From positions 4,654,233-4,718,232 of the forward strand of contig OZ037772.1 in the NCBI GenBank assembly GCA_964035545.1: a stretch of DNA of 64,000 nt, in the 5' to 3' direction. Every line of letters starts with the position of its first letter. The first letter of the stretch is position 1. A model generated the notes under the pieces. The model was not told the origin of the DNA and searched no databases. It saw nothing but the letters and a program-made list of their open reading frames with translations. Below, in pieces: positions 30,303-44,848 of the stretch. Origin of the DNA: Bugula neritina. Lineage: Eukaryota; Animalia; Bryozoa. The translations under genes were made by a program, and so were the position numbers.

Positions 30303-33287
30303 GTGTCATCCCAGATAGACGCTTCCCAGTTAAACGATAGACTAAACTTCCTACTTAGACATTTTACACTTGGACGCCTCCCACTTAGATGTTATTTATT
30401 TATATTGGTACAATATATATTGTATGTATGTGCAATTATTAAAATATTATTTAAATCTTATATGTGTATTTAAATAAAGCACGTATTGAGGGCATAAATA
30501 AATCTCTTTGATCTGCATTAACATATTATTTTACATATCTTTTGCTTATTGTTTAAACAGATATTTTGGTTAATAAGTTTTAAATACTTAAAAATAATGT
30601 TTATTATTAATATATTACTGGTTTTTGTCCCACACAAATCTATGAAAATTAAAGTATTATTCTAGATAATTTACGCTTACTATTACAGCTATTAGCATTT
30701 TAGCTATTTAGCAATCAATACAACAGTTATATAGGTATACATATATTTAAATATAAGTATATTACTATAAAATTATATGGAACCAAAATAAAAAACAGCT
30801 TTTAACTGACAAGTGTCCATCTCATCTCATCTCATATAATTAATCTCACTCGGAGCGCTTTGGCTCCTTTATCGAGATGCAGTGGTGTATGAACAATTGT
30901 TTAAATTATCAGTAGTAAGGAAGAAAACCATTTTGTCTACGAGATAAGAATATAGTTAATTATGCTTTGATTCAAAGCTCAATAGCTAGCTACTGCCAGG
31001 AGAGAAAAAAAAGAAAAGAAGTAAATAAATAAATAAATATACACCGCACAGCTTCAGATGATATAAAGCAGAGTCGGTGTAAAGTGCTTATAATCAGTTA
31101 GGCAAAGCAGCTAGAATCATTAGAAAAGTTTATGGATGCGATGTTTATATGAATGTTTGGCAGTTTTGGTATTGATATTGCCCTTAATAGCACCATGTCT
31201 GGTATTGTGTGACTCTGCAAAATGAAGGGAGAACCGGTCTTGGTCTATAGCGGCACTACCAGAAAGCATACGAAAGTACATTTTTTGGTTTGCATTGTTA
31301 CGTCTTTGTGCAAGGCTATCCCAATTAGAATTTGTCATGAGCTCAGTTATATGATCTGGTTTTCTCTTACAGAATGTCCACCTGAAGGCTTTTCTATTTA
31401 TACCTTCTATGATGTTGATGTTTTCTAATTTAAATGGAGACCAGGTGTGGGTCGCAAATTCTAGTATAGGGCGACATACTGTTTTATAAGCTATGGCTCT
31501 GGTTTTACTTTTAGCCTTTTTTAGACAGCGCATCAGCATGTGTAATAATTTATTAGCTTTTGAGCAAATGTTTATTATATGTTGATCGAATGACAGTTTA
31601 TTATCAATCGTGACACCAGGGTATAATATTTTGTCAACACATTGTAAGGGGTCATTATTCATGCTGTATTGAGACACTAGAGGATTTACAGTGGAGCGTT
31701 GAATTGTCATATGCTCACATTTATTTATATTGAACTTTATCTGAGAACTGTCTGCTCAAGTTATAAGATGGTATAAGTCATTCTGAAATAAACTAGAATC
31801 AGCAGGTGTTGTGATTGGTTTGTACAATAAGAAATCATTTGCATATAGTTTAAGCTTGCTGTTGGCTACCGCAGAGTGCATGTCATTTATGTACACATTA
31901 AATAACAATGGTCCTAATACACTGCCTTGGGGCACTCCTGAAGTCACATGTCTAGTGGCCGATTTGACGTTGTTGAAACAGACTGAAAGTAGACGGCTCT
32001 GAAGCCATGAAAAAATCCACTTTTATCAGCTATTCCAATATTTAGCAGTTTAACCTGTAGTTCATGGTGCGACACAACGTCAAAGGCCTTTGAAAAATCC
32101 AAGACAGCGAGGTCAACCGGTATCATTTTGTCGAAAAAATCTATAAATTCACTCACGGTATTCAGCAACTGAGTATCGCAGCCATGATTTGTCCTGAAGC
32201 CATGTTGGTGTGGATAAAACTGGTCATTTGATTCTAGGAAACAGTTGATATTATGTGATACGATATGCTCGAAGATTTTGGATATGATAGAAGTGAGTGA
32301 TATTGGCCTGTAATTCAGCGGGTCTGTACGACTTCCTTTCTTGAAGATCAGTACAATGTTTGCTGTTTTCCTGTCTTGTGGTGTCTGAGATGTATCTTAA
32401 AAGTACTGAAAAACCTTTGTCAGGGGCTCATATATATAATGTGCAATATATTTTAGAAGTGCAGGAGAAAGTTCCTCTGGGCCAGCACCTTTTCGTGGAT
32501 CGAGTTTGGTGAGCTGTGTTAGGACTCCCCGAGGATCAAATTGTATAGGGGATGATATAGTTTGAGGTGGAATGCAGGGAGGGATACTACCATCATCAAT
32601 AGAAAACACAGAAGCAAAGGAGTCCGCAAAAGATTCAGCTATAGCAGTATTGTTGTTAGGGGGGATGTTGTCTAGTTGACGTACAGTATTTGAGCTGCCC
32701 TTTTTACTTGCTATGAACCAATAAAGAGGTTTTGAATCACCCTGCTCTAATGTATTGCATATGTGTTTGTTTATATAATTATTATAGTCCCTGTTACACA
32801 ATTTCTTGCAGTACCGGGACTGGGTGGCATGTTTTAAAATGTTGTGCGGGGTGCGATCGTTAAGGCAAGCTAGGTGAAGGTGTTTTCTTTTTCTGATCTC
32901 ACTTTTAGTTTCTTGGGATATCCAGAGTTCTGATTTTTTCTTTCTAAATTTGTATGGGATATTGGAATGTGCTACCTGAAGTATTCCAGATTTGAGATTA
33001 TGCCATAACTGTTCAGCGCTACATTTCTTAGAGATACCTGAGGTGATTTTACAATGTAGGGAGTAACAGTCGACGGTGATGTTCGTTATGCCTGCCTTTT
33101 CAAATTGCCAATATGGTTTTAGTTTGGTTAAGGATGCTGTCCTTTTAATGACATTATCCGCCAACACATTGAAATTGATAATAAAATGGTCAGAGCAGGA
33201 TGACTCAACTCGGGGGTTAGTGGGAAACGTCTAAGTGGAAAGTTTAGCCTATCGTCTAACTGGGAAGCGTCTATCTGGGATGAAACC
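30303..33287. mobile_element. Mutator-type MITE split by a LINE insertion
   Basis: About 65-bp TIRs TCATCCCAGATAGACGCTTCCCAGTT.../...AACTGGGAAGCGTCTATCTGGGATGA. Flanks TTGAATTATAT/TTGAAATATAT match at 10 of 11 and look like a TSD. A LINE-free relative lies in the opposite orientation at 37288-37849. Confidence 0.8.
30818..33215 (-). mobile_element. 5'-truncated CR1/L2-group LINE with disrupted ORF2
   Basis: Endonuclease C-terminal SDH motif near 33190. RT motifs NYRPISLTSI, QHGFR, LDFSKAFD, SGVPQGSVLGPLLF, YAND (from YADD). Several stops and frameshifts. 3' tail (ATGAG)3 at about 30837-30819. Confidence 0.92.
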
Positions 33288-34297
33288 TTGAAATATATAA
33301 TATGTCTTTACACTCACCGTTTTTAACCTATAATAGCTGTCTTTGCAAACTTAGCATCGAGAAAATTTTTTAGTATTTGGGTTAGCTTGAATTATTGATT
33401 TACTGAATTTGCCCAACAAGCAGATTACTACAGTCATGTTTGAACTTTTTGTAATTTATTCAGAGTGACCTATACTGTATATGACATTATAGGGATTCAT
33501 CCCACTCAATAAACTTATCTTCTTTAAGCAGAGACTGTTGCACTTTGCACTGGAGAAAAACATTCAATTGGAGTTATCTTTTCTTGGTAAACTTTAAAAA
33601 ATGTATATTTTCTTTATCAGAGAATAATTATTTATTTGTAGATAAAGAGAATAAAAATACCGCACCTGGAAATTGCCTTCTCTCTTGCAGTACCAAAACC
33701 TTAAATGTTAATTAGCCAGATTCTCACAATATCCCAATAACTATCACAAATGAGACTAGAGAGTCACGTAACTTGTTGTATTATGTTTTCACGAATGAAC
33801 ACACTCTATTATGAAATATTCTGATGACTGTACACATAAGACATGTCAGTAAAATATTTGGTAAATTAGTATGTTTAGACATATATTTAGGTAAATTATA
33901 CCAAGGGGCAGCCTTTGCCTAATGGCCTAGTAAACTTAAAATCAAGGGATTGAGTCCAAACACTGGCAGCGGTGTTAGAAATAGCATCAAATCACAGTCT
34001 TACGACGCAACAAGCTTTTTGAAAGATTTCTTATCACAGGTTCTCACAGGGGTAGCAACTAAAAATTACTTAAAAGTTTGTTACAGCAAGTTTTGGCTGT
34101 TCTATATAGAACTAAACTATAATACTGATCAAAGTGTAAGGATACCGTAAGTGAAATGTGTATGTCTTTAGAATAATGAGTGTGTGTGCTGATAAATCAA
34201 AATACATATTGCATATATACATTCTAGGAATACAAATAGTTTCCAATTCATATCTCAGTGCTTCTGATTGACTGTTACAAAGCTGTTGACGACAATC

Positions 34298-37200
34298 TCA
34301 GCATTGTATGGTGTATTTCTTGAGACCGTCTATACCACTTGCTAAAAACACAATGTTCCTGTTATACACAGCAATGTCCTTCACCCAGCTTCTCACATCT
34401 AGAGTTCGTCTAGGAATCCTAAGCACCAGTTGACCTGTAAATAGAAGCATCATATTGTATCAGTTTGGTTTGTATTGGGAAGAAATTGGTAGAGCTCTTT
34501 CAAGCAGACTAGCGTGTTACAGTTAGATTTTGCCAATCAGTAGTTTACTGAGCTTCATGGTTTTTTTGTTTGCGTCATTGTAACCAATCTTCGTTACTTC
34601 GAGCCGAGCCGATACCTGGATTACAGTAAATAGAAACACCTTTGTTATGACTACTGCACTATTACATTATATGTAATCTATGCATGAACAAAGGTTGCTT
34701 GCAGCTAGTTATTGAAACCACTAAACTGAAACTTTATTAGTTATAGTTCAATGATTGAAACAAAGAACTATATACCTACACTGCTCATGCATGGAAGTGA
34801 GTAAATTTGCAAATAGATGACATTGAAGGAAAGCTACATGTTTCTATGCAATCCATAAAAAGTTGTCTTTTCTTAAAAAAGACAACTTGTTTTCAATTGC
34901 GGCATGTTACTTTCAAATGTAAGTTGACATGATCGACATTGGCTCAGTGCTACAGCCCTATGATAATTTTACTACTGTATCTCCTACAACTTTTGCTAGA
35001 ATAAATTCACATAAGAGATAAATACTTTGAGTCAGTTTTTTCTCTAATTTGAAAATCGAAAACTATATATTAAAGCGTATATTATCTTATGACTCTTAAA
35101 CAAAATTTGAAGAGCAGATTAAACTTTCAATATGAAAATAGTTCTCATCATAGAAATGCTTTGGCTTACAGAAACGCTTAATGGATTTAAGATAATCAGT
35201 TATCATGATCTTAAATATTAGCGGCTAAGATAAATAAAAGAATTTAGATCATTATAGAATGAGCTGCATTTTAGTGTAGGTTTTAACTTATAGTTATCGT
35301 TTATATCTGCGGTAATTATGTAACTAGCCGCCACAAACACTGATCTTTGCTTTCATCGCAAACGGTTTTATTTGATTCAATTGAAAGACTCGTTTTCAAG
35401 CTGTGCATAATGTGAATGGAATTTTCTTCCGTAGGAACCATTATAAAGTATTGCAGTTGCCGCTTTTCTTCAATGCAACTATTTCCATGAGGTGAATAAA
35501 AAACTTATTTGCATGACTCAAAACATGGAGGCGTCGTGCTAAACATATTTAATGTTTACCTTCAAGTGAGAGAATGAGGAGAGGTCCTAGGGCTGTACAA
35601 ATGTGAATTAGTTCAGATGTTGAATCAAAGGAAATACCAGTTGGTTGTGGAATGCTAGGAAACTCCCACAGTTTAGTGAGAGTTGTGTTCTCCACTTTAT
35701 ATCTACTCACTGCACCATCTAAACTCCTGTCTCCAATGAGTACAGTTGAGTCTGGAAGGATACATAGAGGTCTAGGGTCTTCCATCTCAGGGACTTCAAA
35801 TTTCTGTGTCGTATCGTCAACTAAATTAACGACCACAAGCCGTTTTTCTCTATAGTCCAAAATATACACTTGTGAAAGGTGCTGAGCTATTCTATAGAAA
35901 GTAGGGATACTTATTAGGTGTCTATAGAGGGTTCGAGACTTCTCAAAAGTGTTTTGATCAAGAAGTGTGACCTCGGCTGTGTTATCGTCTACATTATAAC
36001 AGCTTCCAACCACAACTCCTTTTGGTTGGATTATTTCAGTCCATATCGTCGTGGTGGTATCATCAACTGTGCTAATAGTATCGAAAGTGGTTCTATTGAT
36101 TACTTCTACAGCTTCCTTTCTGCGACACATCATATTTCCATCAGCCTTGATGTTCACCGTTCTACACCAGCCCCTTTTTTGAAGTGTATCAGACTGTAGA
36201 GAGGTCGGAGGTTGCAGCAGCTTCAGTCCTAGGCTGTCTTCACTAACTGCAACGCAAAAATAACAATTCTATAATTTGAGAATCTCATCACCTTTGTTTA
36301 TTCAGTCATACACCTCAGCTTATACTGACGGCAGGAAATCATCATAACACAGTTTAGGAGCTCACTTAGACATTATATACTGCTAATCTAAAGTTGGCAT
36401 GCTATTTATAGTTAGTGTTAGTATTTATAGACTCCACCTACATGTGGGTACCAAGATGCTGTCTGGAAGTACACACTTCTCTATTACACCAATATCTGTA
36501 GCCTTTTCCATCTTCTCACTCATCTCTTTGTAGTCTCTCACAATCCCTGCATCATTGAACTTATCAACTGCATGTTGTACTGTGTCCAGCAAAAACTGTC
36601 TGCTCATTGTCTTACTCAAGGCTAGCTCAATTCTATAATTATCCACTATCTGTGTGCAGCTTTTCAAATATCCATATATTTCTAGCCTCAAGTTTGTAGC
36701 TCTCTTTCTAATCTCTGCTATCTAGTAAATAGTAACAAATTATAACCACATCTACACCTCACAACACTTGAAATAAAGCATGACTTCTGACTGACTATCC
36801 ACTGACTGGGCACACAGTAACTTAGTCATGTAATACATCACACCACACATATCCTCCTGTCAATCAATAACATATTAAACTTTGCTGAATAAATAGTTGA
36901 CAAATCCAGATGGAAAACTTTTTCACCGAGTAAGTGGTCATGGTAAATGTCCACAATGTAATAATAATTTAATAAATTTTGCAATCTGGCTGTACATGTA
37001 TGGTATAGGTAAAAATGGCACAGTAAAATAGAACAGGTAATAATAGAACAGGTAATAACGGCACAAATGGGAACGCAGGTAAATATCGCAAATTTTCAAG
37101 ATTTAGGCTTGAGTGCCGAGGTTAGTGGTAGGGGTAGAAGTTTGTGGCTATATGAGTTGGAATTGAGAGTTTGGGTTTGGACTCTGATGTTTGGGGTTGG

Positions 37201-40200
37201 GCAAATCTAACATCAGTGTGCCATTTTTAGCAAATTTTCAATTGTGCCATTTTTACCCCTGTTGTTTTTGCGTTGCGCTGTTTTTCCGGTTTCATCCCAG
37301 ATAGACTAATTACAGTTAGACGCTTCCCACTTGGACGCTTTCCACATGAATGCTTCCCAATCAAACGCTATTTTTTGTTTTGTTACAATATAGGTATATC
37401 GAAATATACCTATATACGTACCTACATAATTGTTGTATGGATTGCTGATTATAAGATAAAAACTAATATAAATTTTATGAAATAGGATTTTAACACTCAC
37501 AGATATGTGTGGGACAAAAAGAACCGCATTAAATTATTAATACACATTATTTTTAATGAGTACTTGTTTACAAAATATCTTTTCAAACAACAATTGAAGT
37601 ATAGAAAATGTAAAATTATCAAGTTAATGGGGATCAAAGAAATTTATTTATGTGCTAAATACCAAGCAATTGATCCAAGTTAATTTAAATATACATATAA
37701 TTCAATAATATACAAATAAAGTGCACACAAAATGCATATTATACTAAAACAAACAAATAGCCTCTAGCTGGAAAGCGCTCATGTGGGAAGCATCTAAGTT
37801 GGAAATTTAGTTTAGCATCTAACTGGGAAGCGCCGATCTGGGACGCCACTGTTTTTCCCAAGCCAGTTCTACCTAATATATGTCAGCATACCTGAGCATC
37901 AGCTACAGCGTTTACTCTGGCAACCATCTTCTTCACTTCATCTTCTATTTTATTCAGTTCTTTCCAGGCATCCTTTGAGATGTCATTCAACTCTGCAACT
38001 TTCTCAGACAGAGTCTCTATTCCACCAGCCAGAGTTTCTCGTAATTCACAAGACAGATCAGTCAAAGGTGCCGTGTCATTGAACGCCAATTCATGTTCTG
38101 TACAAATAGGTTTACTAGGTCAACAAATCAGTCTCATTTTATAAATGATAGCATATTTATTGCACATCTACTACCTATAAATATATCATGTTGATGCTGT
38201 AACACCCACAACCAATTGAACTCTGATTGCCTTACCTCAATTCTTATCAAAATGGGTTATGAAGAGGCTTAACAAAAATTAACTGATGATTTTGCGCAGG
38301 ATTTCCCTGTTTATTTTCATGTAAAGAGATAAACCAAGTGCATACCTGTTTTACCTTTACAGCTTGTCTTCATATCACATCTCCTACAGAATATCTGGTG
38401 ACACTTGGAACACACTTCTGTTAGTTGTTCATGTTTATGATGTTCACATTCAGTGATAGTATATCTCTGTGGAGAGGCTCTGTATACATCAATGTCAATA
38501 AACTGATGTCTATCTCCCATCAGCTCTTTGTGATTCTGTATAAAAAGTCCACAATCAGTTGGTAAAGGTTTTACCATTATTTTTGTCATAGTTGAACCAT
38601 GCACAGCATCCAGAAAACTTTGTGCTTGACATCGAAAGTTCCACAAACTTATAACATTTCTGCTTAAAAGTATTCCACACACAAACAGACCTAGCTGGTT
38701 TATTAACCAATTTTAGAAGAAGTTTTAGAAAATAAAAACAGACTTACTTCTTGATGCTGCTGACACAGCTTTTTTTGACTCTCAACACAGAACACAGCAG
38801 CTTCTGTTCCACTTTTACAAGCATCGCAGCGAATGGGTGCAGGTTTGGGTGAAGATTTATATTCTAAGGGGTCTCCATACGGAGCTACTGGTAGTGTTGT
38901 GGGATCTGTTATGTCATAGTGATCTTTTCTACAATATATAGCAATCAGTATGTTACCTGTGTTAGCTGTGTGTAGTATATCTCAAGTAATAAGATACCCC
39001 ATCCACACACACAACTATGTCCTTGACAAATACTCAAATAAATACTCATCACTCGACATCAACAAACATTCATTATATAAACCACAGGATATCACACAAA
39101 CACACATCACAGGGAAGGGGTGCAGGTTTAGGTGGAGATTTATATTCTAAGGGTCACCATGTTTAGCTACAGGCAGAGTTGTGGGATCTGTGATGTTTTT
39201 CCTAAATTACATTGTTTAGTATTATTTAGTGTCGGGTAGCACACCATCGCACATTTATGTTAAACATCTAGTATGATATAAGCGTATTCTTTCTAAATGA
39301 GAGCTAGTACTTGAAGATTTATATACATTTTGAGGCTACAATCACCATCATATAAAATATCATGTATAAAGCATATTCTACTTGTCTGTCGTGACCACTA
39401 ATGCGTAGATAATGTTGCTCACTGCTGTATATCAAGTATATCAAGTATGATGCAGCTAAAGCAGGCAAATGCTTCTACACATGAATAAAATAAGCAGCAG
39501 GTTTTTAAATGTGCATTACCATTGTAGTGACTGCACAAATATTGGCAGTTTTCTTAATTAATGGTAGATAATGAGAAACTACTTCTATAATTGTCACATA
39601 TTACCTAAAGTTTTGCCAACTGTAAACCCTAACAACAGTATCTTTGATCTTAACATCGTGCACTTACAGCATAGCTTTACATTAACCGTCACCACCTTGT
39701 AATCTTATCCAATCAGCAACAAGAAGTATATATGTACATATAAGTATTGAATTGCTGTAGTATCAGCCATTTTCACAAATGTCTGAGCTTCCTGTACGGT
39801 GCTACGGTGCGTTAGGATCAAACACTACTTGATTCAAAGTTTTTTGCGGTGGGTTTCTATTGGACAGAAAAAACTTTGCGTCAGCTCATTGAATAAAATT
39901 GTCCAATGAAATGTTTTATATTTTACCTAATAGCGGTTTTTGTAAACCTCAGCCCGGACAAATTAAAGATAGCTGATATTTTACATTACGGCGTACGATA
40001 CAGCGATGTGTGAACATGGGGTTAATTAGTTGCCTAACATTATCTCAATTTTTTAGTTGGTATATATAGGTAGCATTAAAGACAAATAGTTTAATTAATG
40101 ATAACATATTTATATTTTCATTCTAGCTCCTTCTAACAAATCAATAATATTTTGATAGCTTTAGTTCTGTAAAACGAAAGGTTAGCAGCATCTTTAGTCT

Positions 40201-40890
40201 CTGCCGTTATTGCTATATTGACTACAAGTTTGTTTAGTTGCAAATTCAAGCTTATGCAATTCTAATTATAATCTATTGGCGTAATTTTGTCAGCTGGACA
40301 TCAAAGCAAGAAAGCAAGATGAAGAGAAGAAGTTTAACGGCAGCCACTAATAAGCCAGGTTATGCATAATTTCTGTATTGCATGTGCATTGCATGAAAAG
40401 TAAATAATCTTTGCATTCAAGCATTATAATATTATATAAAAACAATTATTTTTTATCCCTAAATTGCCTAAAAGCATTTATATTGCAGATACATCATTCA
40501 GCATAACAATAGCCACTACTGCCTTCTTAACCAAATAACGTTCATAAACCTAACAACATAATAACTATAGTTTACATAAAATATACAGAAATGTTAAATC
40601 TTCAGATATAGAAATCAGGCAACTCCTAGATAAATACCAAGGCTATTAGTGAAAAACTATTTATCTGAGCCTCCCATATGATATATAAAATTGTGTACTT
40701 TAACTCACCTACAATAAGCACATCTGATATGATCCTTCCTACCACCGATGTCAGTCTTCAAACATCTCATGCAGTAGACATGCAGACATGGCAGAGTTCT
40801 GGGGTCTTCAAGTTTGTTGAAGTACTGCAAGCAATACCCACAGCGATATGAATTGTTTAGTCTTTTTTTCACAACTCTGGATTCTGCCAT
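34298..40890 (-). CDS. TRIM-like E3 ligase (RING, 2 B-boxes, coiled coil, NHL-like propeller), paralog 3, 620 aa
   Basis: Exons 40890-40709, 38928-38748, 38535-38346, 38097-37892, 36721-36442, 36246-35560, 34434-34298. GT-AG introns, frame open. Ends ...LKKYTIQC*. Confidence 0.88.
37005..37875. mobile_element. Foldback-type MITE (family of 8172-8587) in intron 4 of paralog 3, with a nested MITE
   Basis: GGTAAAAATGGCACAG units, a GT-rich core and inverted TGTGCCATTTTT units. Ends approximate. Confidence 0.65.
37288..37849. mobile_element. Mutator-type MITE with 9-bp TSD
   Basis: GGTTTCATCCCAGATAGAC...GATCTGGGACGCCAC. TSD TGTTTTTCC at 37279-37287 and 37850-37858. Confidence 0.85.
39101..39201 (-). 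pseudogene. Degenerate duplicate of TRIM exon 2 within intron 1 of paralog 3
   Basis: Aligns to the ITDPTTLPVA...LEYKSPPKPAP.PCDVC coding sequence with small deletions. The acceptor is kept and the 3' third with the donor is lost. Confidence 0.8.
39766..40021. mobile_element. Small TIR MITE, Harbinger-like ends
   Basis: CCATTTTCACAAATG...CGATGTGTGAACATGG imperfect TIR around a CpG-richer core. Confidence 0.5.
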
Positions 40891-40982
40891 TTTGGTTATT
40901 TGATGAGGAAGTCCTGTAAAAGATACACATCCTCTTAGCATAATATTCTACACTACATCTGTGAAGGGTTGTATTGCTGTGG

Positions 40983-41169
40983 GTACTGCAAGCAGTACCC
41001 ACAGCGATACGAGTTGTTTAGTCTTTTTTCACAACTCTTGACTCACTCTCAGCCATGTTGATTTAGAAGATCTTCAAAGAAACAAGTTTATTTTTAATTA
41101 CCCTGCAAACGTTATAACATGCAGCGATATGAATTTTCGAGTCTCTTTTTTACAACTTTGCATTGCCAT
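40983..41169 (-). pseudogene. Two truncated relics of the RING-exon 5' end upstream of paralog 3
   Basis: 41056-40983 reads ATG MAESESRVVKK, then a 1-nt deletion (KD*), then the LNNSYRCGYCLQY sequence out of frame. 41169-41121 is a more decayed copy. Confidence 0.8.
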
Positions 41170-44100
41170 TATATGGATTGGCAAAGCTAAAAAACCAAGT
41201 TGTCATTTCATTTCTCAAAAAGTCTTATAATTATAAAATTACATGCTGATGATCTTCTATGGCTTTTATATGAGGTGGAGAATATTATAAATATAACGTC
41301 TGACAAAGGTATTTTTGAAAACCCTAAAACTTTAAAAGTAAATAATGCATATAATTTCGAGAATATATATTATTAGTCAATTAAAATTTGTCAGGCAAAA
41401 ATTTAGAGATGCTTTGATAATTATAGGCACCTGATTCTAAAATAGAGTTAAAATTATTTAATATTAATATAAGTATTATATTTTCTGGATAAAGCAATAT
41501 ATTTTTGTTGTTTTAATGCTGAATTCAGAATCTCAAAATATTTATTATTCAGCTATGTAAATATATTGGATAATTTCTCCGGATATATTTCAGGTGTGAT
41601 GTTGAACAATTTTGAATAAAAAGTAAGTGTTTTGTGAGTCACTGCTCTAAACCACAAAATTATAAATTATTTTTGAACGTCTTACATATTTTGGCATATT
41701 ATAGTCAATTGAATAGTGTCAAAAGTCGTACATCAAACAAATCATTTCATTTTTCAGCAATACTTTTTTATACCTCTAAAATAACTTTTCAGTATCAATA
41801 ATCCTCAAAATCATGATATCACATCTGTGCAGTTAGTCTTGAAATTCGCCAAAAAATTTTAAAATTAAATATATGTAGTTGAATCATAATTTAACTTTTA
41901 CAGGTATAAATATGTTTCTTTATAGTCAGGTTATGTCCTCACTTACCTGTGAAGTAGTGTTTCCTGTCAATTTTATTTATGAGTTCAAAATTAAACTATC
42001 TAACTATTTTTTCATTAGTGCTCATATAGTGTCCCTGTTCCAATCCTTTTCTACACTTATCTATTTTGCTTTTTTATAATGTTTGCAATTGGCTTTTTTC
42101 TTACAGTATATGCTACTTGGCAAAACTCCAAATTTGTGGAGAATACTAATAGATGATTGGTAGATCTTATTGGTTAGGTAAATTGCCAATCACATCAGTT
42201 TACAGCTTCAAACAATAGCGAAGCAAAGAAATAGATTACTTACTGTCAATGTGTTGGCTCTTAACCGTTCTCCTATCATGAATTCCTGAACCATGTAGAT
42301 GGAAGTAGATTTGCATAATATAGGTGCACATGTACTAACGACAATATTATGCAGAAAATTACATTCCATAAAAATAAGAGAATATTACTATACACCTTTC
42401 TCTGCAGTCGGTTTATTCGACGATGACTGTTCTATGGTTGTGACTTGGTGGCAACTCTCCACACCACTTGCTTTTCCGCATGCTCTTACCATCTTTAATA
42501 TAAGAGTATATTACTATGCACCTACACTACATATAATATATTATTATAAGGCATCTACCAATGCCCATGGCAATGTTGAATGCAGCAATGTCAAGCAATC
42601 ACTAAACATTGAGTCCCATGGACCAAGAAACACAGCAAATATTGTAAACATCTATAAAGATCCATGCAGTGGCTGGCACTACAAGTCTCACCAATTCTCA
42701 AGGACTGCTTGATTATAATATTTTTGCCAAGAATAGCTATTTAGCCAAGGGCCACACTGTGCATATTTTTCCAGGCAAAAATTTAAACCACAAATAGAAA
42801 AGGTGTCCACTGTAGCGGATAAATTAAGTTTTCATTTTTAAATCGCACTTGCTTTCAATAAAACACAATTTACTAAAATTTAACACTGAAATAAAAAAAA
42901 TTGTGCTCACTTATAATAACTGCCAGCCAATTAGGTGACGATGACAAAGAAGATTCGAGCACTTGCATCCAGAATGCTGAGTGACAACTGCGAATGTTTG
43001 CTCAACGCGTACAGTGGACACCTTTGCTACTTGCGGTTTAAAGTTTTGCCTGCGAAAATACGCACAGTGTGGCTATGAGATTCAATTGATTTGCCTGCCG
43101 CTTTTGCTCTCTTAATCTCCAATATTGACTTACTTCACACAACTCAATAGCATTAGAATATATTACAAATTTATTATTTGTTGCGGTGAATTAAACTAAG
43201 CTTGTAAAAATCTATAGTAGTTTGTTAATAACCAAAATAAACATAAAACAAAAAAATGACATTGAATAAACGGTGAAAGTAAAATTACGGTGACATTGAC
43301 ACTTTATTTATTTTTGATAGTAATGATATTCTTTTATTAAACTATAATGCAAACACTGTAGCTATAACAAGTAATTTTAATTAATGTTGTTGTTTTAATC
43401 GGCTTTTAAAATGTACAGTATAGTACAGGTCTCAATTTATTTAATTTCATCTTAGTTATTTAAAGCTGCAAAATTATTTAATAAATATTTATATGGTTTA
43501 AAGAGCATGACTTCTGAGATGGTGAAGTCAGGGTTAGCGGACCGTCTATGGACAGAGCATGGTGCTGCTGGTATGGATGGGGCCTCCTTGCAGGGTTTCT
43601 TTATCCTATAGAAAGTCTGGCTGTCTCCTTATTAGCTTCAAGCTGTCAGACAGTAAATTTTTGCTTCTTCTTTTTGTACTTCTTCCTTTTCCTTAGCTAA
43701 TTAGTTTAAGATTTTAATTTTTTTTTCTTTTTTCATTCTATATTTACTATTAGAAGCAATAAATTGAAAACAACAACAACAAATGAAAAGGTTTTGAAAA
43801 AAGCACTGATAAATTTCTACTGCATATATGGGTAGGTCGATTGCATGCTTAAGTTTGATTAGCATATTGCAATTTATTTTTGTTCTAAGTGTGACTAAAT
43901 ATAAACAAGCTAAAACATTATTGGCATTTTGTTAATACATTTTTGTCTATGTATAAGGCATTGAAAAAGCCTCATGTTGCACTATCAAAATGTTAATATG
44001 TTGGGTGGATACTAACTGCAGTAAGTATTCTATTTACTAAGTGGGTGTGCCTCTGCTATGCCAGTGTTCCTACAGCACATGTTGTAGTGTAGTTACATGT

Positions 44101-44703
44101 GGGCTGTCATGTAACCCACCTTAACTTTAGTATATATAGTTAATGCATGTGACATGACTCTACGCTACATTATAGAAATAGTCAGGTCATATGATATATC
44201 TTTAAAGATGATTATAAAACACAGGAATGTTAATCTTAAGTATGTTATATAATATTCCTATCAACACTTCACATTAAGAAGTCATGTTTGGCAGACAGCA
44301 CTGTTTACATAGTATACTCAATATAACAAACTATAGCAGCTTTTCTAACAGTATTTTACTGTAGACTAGAGCCTTTCTATCAACAAAATTGTATTATATA
44401 CACTTCTCCACCCAGCTGCACAAAAGCACTGCATACTATTGTTGAAACTGTCTATATGAATAAATGTGTACTCAGTAATATTTCAAAATATTATTATCAT
44501 AGTGTTATATTATTACAGGAAAGTATAGTTTTAAAGAGACTTGAAATGTGCTCGACTAATGTTTAGGTGAAATCTAGAATAAGTGAATTTATAATGCAGA
44601 TTTTTGCATCCACAACATCTGACCAACTGTTTATTTTGTCATTTAATAAAGTTTAATCTATTATATGTACATTTCTGTTAATCAGTTTTCACTCTGAGCT
44701 ACT

Positions 44704-44848
<145 letters not shown>

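Noticed and set aside
42299-42712. 137-aa plus-strand ORF
   Set aside because: No domain signature or supporting splice structure.
43505-43650. GC-richer patch tested as a paralog of the cationic peptide exon
   Set aside because: No similarity, no signal-peptide exon found nearby, and only short uninformative frames.
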